Assembly: GCA_015520105.1 (NCBI GenBank)
Contig: WAQT01000059.1
Coordinates: 1 to 57,683 of the forward strand
Source: Candidatus Aenigmatarchaeota archaeon
GTDB lineage: Archaea; Aenigmatarchaeota; Aenigmatarchaeia; QMZP01
Reading direction: 5' to 3'
Length of the DNA: 57,683 nt
In this document: positions 51,331 to 57,683 of the stretch, in pieces
How the letters are laid out: each line of letters begins with the position of its first letter
Numbering within the stretch: position 1 is the first letter of the stretch
Program-made: the position numbers and the translations under genes
Notes under the pieces: model-generated
Databases searched by the model: none
The model's input: the letters and a program-made list of their open reading frames with translations, nothing else
What the model was told of the DNA's origin: nothing

Positions 51331-52407
51331 ATGAGCATTGAGGAAGAGATAAGAAGGATTGAGGACGAGATTTCGAGAACCAAATACAACAAGGCCACGC
51401 AGAAGCACATAGGAGAGCTCAAGGCGAAGCTCGCAAGGCTCAGGGAAGGAATGGAAACAGAGGCGAGGAAGAAGAGGGCGGGCGCGGGGTATTCCGTCAG
51501 GAAGCAGGGAGACGCCACAGTCCTTCTTGTCGGCTTCCCGTCCGTGGGGAAGTCCACGCTCCTTAACAGACTGACCAACGCGGAGTCGCGCGTGGGGCAC
51601 TACGACTTCACGACGCTGGAAGTGATACCCGGGGTTCTCGAGTACAACGGAGCAAAGATACAGGTTCTTGACGTTCCCGGCATAGTGGAGGGCGCGGCCG
51701 CGGGAAAGGGAAGGGGAAAGGAGATTCTTTCTGTGGTGAGGAGCGCGGACCTTGTCATGATAGTCGCTGACATCAGGAAACCTGAGCAGGTCGAAAGGAT
51801 AAGGAAAGAACTCCACCTGGCGGGCTTCAGGCTGGACAGGAAGAGGCCTGACATAACGATAAGGAAAAGAGACAGCGGAGGTATAGAGGTCGGCGCTGCA
51901 GTGAAACTTTCCGAACTCACGAAGGAAACAATCGAGGGAATTCTCCATGAATTCAGGATACGCAACGCGGAGGTCGTGATAAGGCAGGACTGCTCCGTGG
52001 ACGACCTGATAGACGCTGTCGCAGGGAACAGGGTGTATGTTCCCTCCATCACGGTGCTGAACAAGGCTGACCTCCTGGAAGGGAAGACCTTTCCTTCGGG
52101 AGGGATACCGGTCTCTGCGGAGAGGGGAGAGGGCCTCGAGAAGCTGAAAGAGGAGATATGGAAGAAGCTCGGCCTCATGAGGATATACCTCAAGAGAATC
52201 GGGAAGGAACCGGACATGAAGGAGCCGTTGATAATGAGAAAGGGCTGCACGGTCAGGGACGTGGCCGGAAGGATACACAGGCACGCCTTCGGGGAGAGGA
52301 TAAGCTACGCGAGGATATGGGGCCCCTCTGCAAGGTTTCCCGGCCAGAAGAAGGGGCCGGACCACGTTCTCAAGGACTGCGACATAGTGGAGCTGCACAC
52401 GGAATGA
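51331..52407 (+). CDS. DRG/Obg-family GTP-binding protein with a TGS domain
   Basis: G1 GFPSVGKST, G3 DVPGI, G4 NKAD and a C-terminal TGS-like end (DCDIVELH). Start at MSIEEEI. Confidence 0.85.
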   Translation: MSIEEEIRRIEDEISRTKYNKATQKHIGELKAKLARLREGMETEARKKRAGAGYSVRKQGDATVLLVGFPSVGKSTLLNRLTNAESRVGHYDFTTLEVIPGVLEYNGAKIQVLDVPGIVEGAAAGKGRGKEILSVVRSADLVMIVADIRKPEQVERIRKELHLAGFRLDRKRPDITIRKRDSGGIEVGAAVKLSELTKETIEGILHEFRIRNAEVVIRQDCSVDDLIDAVAGNRVYVPSITVLNKADLLEGKTFPSGGIPVSAERGEGLEKLKEEIWKKLGLMRIYLKRIGKEPDMKEPLIMRKGCTVRDVAGRIHRHAFGERISYARIWGPSARFPGQKKGPDHVLKDCDIVELHTE

Positions 52408-52411
52408 GAAG

Positions 52412-52822
52412 CTACAGCATCTTGAGATGGCCTGTTATCCTGTCTATGTCCTCCTCCCCAGCAGGACCGATTGCAAGGGCGGTGACTGTTCCGGGAGGAA
52501 TCTCTGTCCTTCCGGCGTCCCTCACCAAAGCGAGGGGAAGCCCCGCCTCTCCTGCCTTCCTCTTTATCTCCAGCATCTCCCTGAGGGAATCCACGCCGAG
52601 TATCACCTTCTTGGAACCGCTTTTCTCCCATTCCTGCCTGTCCCGGGGGCTTGCCTTCCTGTAGGCCTCGAGCGAGGCGTGGGCTGTCTGGGCAGCAATC
52701 TTTCCCTTGCCCATTCCCAGATCCTTCCTTATCAATATGACCTGCTTGTGCACAAAAACCACTGAGAATAATTGGTTCCGGTTATTGTTATTATTTAGGT
52801 TCCTCAGAGAAGAAGGTTTCAT
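52412..52822 (-). CDS. pth2: Peptidyl-tRNA hydrolase, archaeal type (Pth2)
   Basis: GKGKIAAQTAHAS and DAGRTEIPPGTVTALAIGP. Start at MKPSS, which overlaps the upstream stop (TGATG). An internal start closer to VILIRKDL is possible. Confidence 0.85.
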   Translation of the reverse strand: MKPSSLRNLNNNNNRNQLFSVVFVHKQVILIRKDLGMGKGKIAAQTAHASLEAYRKASPRDRQEWEKSGSKKVILGVDSLREMLEIKRKAGEAGLPLALVRDAGRTEIPPGTVTALAIGPAGEEDIDRITGHLKML

Positions 52823-53553
52823 CAGAGAAGGCCGAGAAGAAGAAGGGTAGCAATGAGAAGGGGCTGGTGGAGGAAGTAGATAATCAGGGAGTTCCTTCCG
52901 AGGAAGCAGAGGGGGGAGAAAGGCCGAGGCCTCCTCATCGCGAAGGAGAACTTCCTTCTTCCGGAAGGGTAAAGGGTGTTGCCGAGGAATATGCCCACCA
53001 GAACGAGACCGAACCAGGGAAAAAGAGGGAAGTAGTCGAAGGTGTAGAAGCTGTACGGAGGGAGGCCGAGCCACAGAAGCCAGGGGAAGGGGAACCTCAT
53101 TCCCTGCAGCCAGAGGCCGGAGAGGATTATGACAAGGCCCGCAGCAAGGCTCAGCCTCTTCCTGTCAAGGAAAGGCCTCGAGAGGATTATGGAGAGGCCT
53201 ATGAGGTGCAGCACGCCGAAGAGTATCGTCCCTTCCGGAACGAGGAGCCAGGTCGCGAGGGTTATGAGCATTCCGTAGGAGAATATCTTTATTCCCCTCC
53301 TTATGTATTTCAGCCATATCATCTTTCCGCTTCTTCCCCTCACTCTCGAGTAGCTCAGCGTGAGGGAGAGGCCCACAAGAAGCAGGAACGTCGCGGCAGT
53401 CAGCCTTGCCAGTAGAAGCCAGAAGCCGGAATCCACATTGATAGGAAGTGATGAGAAGTAGCTGAGGTCGAAGGCGAAATGGAACGCTATCATAGAGATT
53501 ACTGCCGCCCCCCTTACAGCGTCTATCTCCCAGTGCCTGCGTTCGCGCGCCAT
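52822..53553 (-). CDS. DUF1624/heparan-alpha-glucosaminide N-acetyltransferase-like membrane protein
   Basis: N-terminal RHWEIDAVRGAAVISMIAFHF and multiple TM helices. Confidence 0.7.
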   Translation of the reverse strand: MARERRHWEIDAVRGAAVISMIAFHFAFDLSYFSSLPINVDSGFWLLLARLTAATFLLLVGLSLTLSYSRVRGRSGKMIWLKYIRRGIKIFSYGMLITLATWLLVPEGTILFGVLHLIGLSIILSRPFLDRKRLSLAAGLVIILSGLWLQGMRFPFPWLLWLGLPPYSFYTFDYFPLFPWFGLVLVGIFLGNTLYPSGRRKFSFAMRRPRPFSPLCFLGRNSLIIYFLHQPLLIATLLLLGLL

Positions 53554-53581
53554 TAATAATACTCGGGATACAATAATATAT

Positions 53582-54982
53582 ATGGAGTTCAGGAGCGTTC
53601 TCTCCTATACAGGAACGATGCTGGAGATTCTCGGAGTGCTTATGCTTGTTCCTGTCCTCCTCTCCTGGTTTCTCGGAGAGAAGAGCTATGCGGGATTCTT
53701 CGCGGGAGCTGTCCTCTCCTTCTCTATAGGAACGCTTCTCGACAGGAGATTCAGGAAGGGAGAGCTGGATCTGAGTTCCGCCATAGGAGTGGCCGGCCTG
53801 ACGTTCGCGTGCGTCTCATTTCTCGGAGCTTTCCCCTATCTGGGATATCTGAACCCACTGGATTCCTTATTCGAGTCTGTTTCTGGCTTCACCACCACAG
53901 GCCTGACCGTTGCGGTTCCGGAGAGCCTTCCTTTATCCGTCCTGTTCTGGAGGTCGATGACGCAGTGGATAGGCGGGATAGGGATCATAATGATATTCAT
54001 TCTCCTCTCTGGCTCTCCGGGAATGTCCTCGCACTACCTCTACAAGGCGGAAGGGTTCCAGGACAAGCTGGAGGCCAGCGTGAGGCACGCCGCGAGGAAG
54101 CTCTTCATGATATACGGGGCGTACACGCTTGCCGGCGTGGTTCTCCTGAGCGCCGCGGGCATGAGCCTTTTCGATGCCGTGAACCATGCGCTTACAGGGA
54201 TAGCGACAGGCGGCTTCTCCACGCACTCCCTCTCTGTGGGTTATTACCAGAACGTCGCGGTGGAGGCCGTGATGATGCTGCTCATGGTTCTCGGCGCGAC
54301 CTCGTTCGCTGTGCACGGAAAGCTCTTCGGCAGGAGGTTCAAAGAATACCTCTCCAATCCAGAGACAAGGATGTTCTGGCCCCTCCTGCTCGTCTTTTCT
54401 ATCCTTGTTTCCCTCTCCCTCTACGGCAGCGGGGAAGCGATAAGGAAGGGTCTGTTCTTTTCAGTGAGCGCGCTCACCGGGTCGGGCTTCTCCACAAACC
54501 CGGAGGTTCCCGGGGGCTTCGCGTTCCTCCTCCTGATAATCCTTATGATAGTTGGAGGTTATGCAGGCTCAACCGCAGGAGGCATAAAGCTCATAAGGTT
54601 CGGGATTCTCGTGAAGTCCATACCCTGGTTCGCAAGGAAGATGTCCCTTCCCCAGGAGGCGGTGGTTCCGCTCAAGCTCGGAAGCAGGGTGATAAAGAGC
54701 CACGAGATAGCGATAGTCACTGTGTTCGCGACCATGTATTTCATAATGCTCGCGGGAAGCACGTTCGCTCTGATGGCGCTGGGCTATCCTCTTTCAGCCT
54801 CCTTCTTCCAGTCCGCGTCTGCAGGGGGAACCGTGGGCCTTTCCGTGCTGGACGTCTCCGGGATGCATCCTGCAGGAAAGATTGTCCTGATGCTTGACAT
54901 GCTTCTCGGCAGGCTGGAGATATTCCCCTTCCTTGTCCTCACATACGCGGCCTGGTCCTCGCTCTTGGGTAGGTTCAGATGA
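53582..54982 (+). CDS. trkH: TrkH/KtrB-family potassium transporter
   Basis: Four pore-loop-like motifs: GFTTTGLTV, IATGGFST, LTGSGFST, SAGGTVGLS. Confidence 0.85.
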   Translation: MEFRSVLSYTGTMLEILGVLMLVPVLLSWFLGEKSYAGFFAGAVLSFSIGTLLDRRFRKGELDLSSAIGVAGLTFACVSFLGAFPYLGYLNPLDSLFESVSGFTTTGLTVAVPESLPLSVLFWRSMTQWIGGIGIIMIFILLSGSPGMSSHYLYKAEGFQDKLEASVRHAARKLFMIYGAYTLAGVVLLSAAGMSLFDAVNHALTGIATGGFSTHSLSVGYYQNVAVEAVMMLLMVLGATSFAVHGKLFGRRFKEYLSNPETRMFWPLLLVFSILVSLSLYGSGEAIRKGLFFSVSALTGSGFSTNPEVPGGFAFLLLIILMIVGGYAGSTAGGIKLIRFGILVKSIPWFARKMSLPQEAVVPLKLGSRVIKSHEIAIVTVFATMYFIMLAGSTFALMALGYPLSASFFQSASAGGTVGLSVLDVSGMHPAGKIVLMLDMLLGRLEIFPFLVLTYAAWSSLLGRFR

Positions 54983-56060
54983 GCATACTAATACTGTATC
55001 CGAATTTGTCCCTTAATGTTCTGTATATTTTGGACGAATCCAGAATCGCTGTTGCCTGAGAAAGCGTCTTTCTTCTTTCCTTGGAGAATGTCTCTCTCAA
55101 GAGCGGCTTGCATATCTTCTTTCGCATCTCTCTGGTGATTTTCATAGGAATATCAAATGCACGAGTTTTTATCATAACGTCAAATAACTCTTCCTTCTCT
55201 TCTTTGCTCAATTCTCTGCCCACGTAATCCAGAAACTCTGGCTTCTTTCTGATAAGCGAATATACGGGAAGCGTAATCAGACCGTTCTCTATATCAGAGA
55301 ACTGGTCCTGATATGCCCTTTCAACCGAAGAGGTTTTCTCAAGCGGTATATTGTCTGCCACATCATTGACTATCTGAATACCTGTTCCCAGTGCTGTGGC
55401 GAACCTGTCGAGTGCTTCTATCTCCCTTCTGCTCCCGTCTCCCAGATAAGCGCCAATTCTTGCCACAAACCCAAGAAAATAGCCGCATTTTCTTTTGCAG
55501 GTTTCTATGTATGCCTTCTTGTATTCTTCAAGAGGCATGTTCTGCGCATTCTCTCTTACATTAAGAGCATCTATGTCATCGCCCTGACCAATATAAAGCA
55601 GGTTATTCACTATCTCAAGCTCTTCGATTATCCTCTGTTTCTTATGTTCCGGGATTCCTGTTTCCCTTATAACAGCTTTTGCCTTGTCATAAAGCCTTAT
55701 GCCTTCTATAATAGCTCTCTGCTCATCCGACTTTGTTTTTATCTCTCCTTTCTTGTCAAGCACCCAGTTTATAAGGTAAGTGGACAGATTGTAAATCTCA
55801 ATTGCTGCTGCTATTTTGTAGATATCTTCTGTAACAATTTTGTTGCATACGGCCTTGTATGATTCAATAAGCAGATGTTCTCTTAATCTCGGAGAGTCTC
55901 CCCTTTTTCTGTGTATTGCCCATACTATTTCCCTGCTCCTTTCGCTTCTGTTGCCTTCATCAAGCATCTCTCTTATGGCCTTCTCTATGTATGGTTTTAC
56001 CTTTATTGAGTGTTCCATCATTTTCTTATGATATTCATCGAGGACGTTTTCCCTGAGCAT
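54975..56060 (-). CDS. Polyprenyl synthase (trans-IPPS) fold protein lacking both canonical DDxxD motifs
   Basis: Colinear with GGPP/FPP synthases, but with altered motifs. PRLRE stands for GGKRxRP. AAAIEIYNLSTYLINWVLD replaces the first DDxx(xx)D. GQGDDI and ETCKRKCGYF follow. LGTGIQIVNDVADN replaces FQIxDDxLD. DIENGLITLPV closes the alignment. Confidence 0.6.
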   Translation of the reverse strand: MLRENVLDEYHKKMMEHSIKVKPYIEKAIREMLDEGNRSERSREIVWAIHRKRGDSPRLREHLLIESYKAVCNKIVTEDIYKIAAAIEIYNLSTYLINWVLDKKGEIKTKSDEQRAIIEGIRLYDKAKAVIRETGIPEHKKQRIIEELEIVNNLLYIGQGDDIDALNVRENAQNMPLEEYKKAYIETCKRKCGYFLGFVARIGAYLGDGSRREIEALDRFATALGTGIQIVNDVADNIPLEKTSSVERAYQDQFSDIENGLITLPVYSLIRKKPEFLDYVGRELSKEEKEELFDVMIKTRAFDIPMKITREMRKKICKPLLRETFSKERRKTLSQATAILDSSKIYRTLRDKFGYSISMLI

Positions 56061-56135
56061 GCAATCATCATTCTTTACTAGATGGTAGTTATAGAATTAC
56101 TTAAACATAGCAGACGGAAATCTGGAATATATGAC

Positions 56136-56152
56136 AATATTTATAAAATATT
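56136..56152. promoter_or_regulatory. Near-palindromic TATA element AATATTTATAAAATATT in the divergent spacer
   Basis: 7-bp inverted arms. Ends 17 nt before ATG 56170 (+) and lies 76 nt from ATG 56060 (-). Confidence 0.4.
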
Positions 56153-56169
56153 ATTGACATTATTTCTAT

Positions 56170-57132
56170 ATGGATGTGAAATTAGGAAATATAGACAAGA
56201 AATTGCTTTACGAACTGAGCACAAACTCGCGCATCTCGAAGAAAGAGCTTTCATCGAGATTCAGAATAAGCATTCAGACTGTGTCAAGAAAAATTGACTA
56301 TCTGATTAAGCAAGGGATTCTCGTGAACACGCATCCTATAATAGACCATTCGCGCCTTGGATTCATAGGCTATCGGATATATTTCAACTTTTTCGGGACT
56401 ACTCCCAGAGAAGAGGTTGAGATATTAGAATGGCTAAAGAATCACAGGTTCGTTTCAGTGCTTGCGCAAGCAATAGGCTCTGTGGATGTTGTTGTGATGT
56501 CGTGGGTAAGAGAGAAGGAGAGTTTCTTCTCTCTGGTTAAGGAGTTGAAGGAGAGGTTCAGAGACAGGATATCGAATATAGAGACGTTCTCGTACGTCAG
56601 GACGCACCATTTCTCCAGAGACTATCTTGTTGATGACAGAAACATCCTAAGAAAGAGAATCGTCACCGGTGATGCTAAAGAGAGGATAAAAATCGATGAC
56701 GTGGACGTTAAAATACTGGAATGTATAAAAGAGAATGCAAGAAAGACAACCAAGGAAATATCGTTTGAGATTGGGGAGCCTGTGACAACAGTGGCCTATC
56801 GCCTGAAAAGGATGGAAAGGGAAAAACTAATAGTGGGTTATGGAGCGAACATAGACATAGGCAAACTTGGATTTGAATATTATAAACTCAACATCATTTT
56901 CAACAAGCCTGTTGAATACGAGAAGCTTCTGTCCTTCTCTTATGAAATAAGAAACAGCGTATACGTTGATGAAACAATAGGCAAATACGATTTCGAGCTT
57001 AATGTGGAAGTAAGAAACAGAGAAGAGGTTGATAACATAATAAATAATCTGAAGGAGCTGGTGGGCGGTTTCAGAAGACTGGACATATTCCAAGTAAAAG
57101 GTTATAACAAGCTTTCATACTTCTCTGCATGA
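56170..57132 (+). CDS. Tandem Lrp/AsnC-type transcription regulator (two HTH plus RAM-like modules in one chain)
   Basis: Module 1: IDKKLLYELSTNSRISKKELSSRFRISIQTVSRKIDYLIKQGIL. Module 2: VDVKILECIKENARKTTKEISFEIGEPVTTVAYRLKRMEREKLIV. Each is followed by an ~80-aa alpha/beta domain. Confidence 0.7.
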   Translation: MDVKLGNIDKKLLYELSTNSRISKKELSSRFRISIQTVSRKIDYLIKQGILVNTHPIIDHSRLGFIGYRIYFNFFGTTPREEVEILEWLKNHRFVSVLAQAIGSVDVVVMSWVREKESFFSLVKELKERFRDRISNIETFSYVRTHHFSRDYLVDDRNILRKRIVTGDAKERIKIDDVDVKILECIKENARKTTKEISFEIGEPVTTVAYRLKRMEREKLIVGYGANIDIGKLGFEYYKLNIIFNKPVEYEKLLSFSYEIRNSVYVDETIGKYDFELNVEVRNREEVDNIINNLKELVGGFRRLDIFQVKGYNKLSYFSA

Positions 57133-57165
57133 TTTGTATTTTTATCTTTCTTTCACAATATTTCC

Positions 57166-57683
57166 ATGCTTCTCAGAATCTACAAAACCCTTCTTGAGGC
57201 ATTCGGTCCGCAGAACTGGTGGCCGGCAGGGAACGGCCTCGAGCCGGAGGAGTGGGAGATATCGGTCGGTGCTGTCCTCACGCAGAACACGAACTGGAGG
57301 AATGTGGAGAGGGCGCTGGCCAGGATGGCCGGGATGGGATTGAGGACAAGGGAGGACGTCCTGAACGCGTCTGAGAAGAGGATTGCGGAAGCTATAAGGC
57401 CTGCCGGATACTACAACCAGAAGGCGAGGAAGCTCAAGATTCTGGCCTCGCTCTCCGGGGAGGCATCAAGGGAGAGGCTCCTGTCTTTGTGGGGAATCGG
57501 GCCGGAGACAGCGGACTCGATACTCCTCTACGCGCACGGGAAGCCCTATTTCGTCGTGGATGCGTACACGAAGAGGGTGTTCTCGAGGCTGGGGGTTCTG
57601 GAAGGGAATGAGGGTTACGAGGAGATAAGGAGGATGTTCGAGGAGAAGCTTCCGAGGGACGTCGGGCTGTACAGGGAGTATCA
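57166..57683 (+). CDS. HhH-GPD superfamily protein related to endonuclease III (COG2231-like), 3'-truncated by the window edge
   Basis: Hand translation has no stop to the window end: MLLRIYKTLLEAFGPQNWWPA...GAVLTQNTNWRNVERAL...IRPAGYYNQKARKL...LWGIGPETADSILLYA...VVDAYTKRV. Absent from the track because it has no stop. Replaces the Arg-rich track ORF 57134..57343. Confidence 0.75.
   Translation, partial: MLLRIYKTLLEAFGPQNWWPAGNGLEPEEWEISVGAVLTQNTNWRNVERALARMAGMGLRTREDVLNASEKRIAEAIRPAGYYNQKARKLKILASLSGEASRERLLSLWGIGPETADSILLYAHGKPYFVVDAYTKRVFSRLGVLEGNEGYEEIRRMFEEKLPRDVGLYREY

Noticed and set aside
51223-52398. 391-aa minus-strand ORF (plus 51600..52250 and 52158..52664)
   Set aside because: It overlaps the DRG GTPase gene, which has G1/G3/G4 and TGS motifs. 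No motifs of its own were recognised. Shadow frames.
53809-54897. 362-aa Arg-rich plus-strand ORF
   Set aside because: It is out of frame within trkH, whose frame gives coherent TM helices and pore-loop motifs. The Arg/Gly/Pro-rich translation is not protein-like.
57134-57343. 69-aa Arg-rich plus-strand ORF
   Set aside because: Another frame over the same DNA translates, without a stop, into a clear HhH-GPD (endonuclease III-like) protein that runs to the window end.

Overview
This window is a densely coded archaeal chromosomal segment. All calls come from reading the supplied ORF translations and the DNA by eye; no similarity search was run. The lineage cannot be assigned, though the gene set suggests an uncultivated, small-genome archaeon.

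Most of the window is information-processing housekeeping:
- the rpoE'/spt4/eS24/eS31 cluster
- a uL4-uL23-uL2-uS19-uL22-uS3-uL29-aSUI1 ribosomal operon
- RPA, RadA, PolB, TopoVI A and B, RNase HI
- Mre11, Rad50 and a HerA-like ATPase, which are dispersed rather than in one operon
- Kae1, Pth2, DRG GTPase, GatC and an SRP RNA

Around these sit redox, ion-transport and surface genes: SufS, thioredoxin- and glutaredoxin-like proteins, hemerythrin, Kef and TrkH transporters, and two very large repeat-domain surface proteins. First genes of transcription units typically have an A/T-rich TATA box about 20-30 nt upstream of the ATG, implying leaderless or short-leader transcripts. Internal operon genes use GGAGG/GGTG Shine-Dalgarno sites.

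Observations most worth follow-up:
1. A HypC ([NiFe] chaperone) domain is fused in frame to the [FeFe]-hydrogenase maturase HydE. It directly abuts HydG, and no HydF or HydA is in the window. A separate HypA/HycI/NuoI-like [NiFe] accessory trio lies 8 kb away.
2. A family of ~100-150 nt structured repeats fills two abnormally long spacers inside the ribosomal operon (uL23-uL2 and uL2-uS19). It includes a perfect 101-nt duplication and three hairpins whose stems covary. Two unrecognised, translationally coupled small ORFs sit in the same operon.
3. Three AT-rich islands carry accessory genes: an LCMT-like methyltransferase; a transglutaminase-like protein; and a polyprenyl-synthase-like protein lacking both DDxxD motifs next to a tandem-Lrp regulator.
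4. A Tat-signal lytic-transglycosylase-like protein lies next to a HerA-like ATPase that has a winged-helix C-terminal extension.

Several ORFs below the 60-aa track cutoff are proposed with low confidence. No tRNA, rRNA, CRISPR array, transposase or integrase was recognised.
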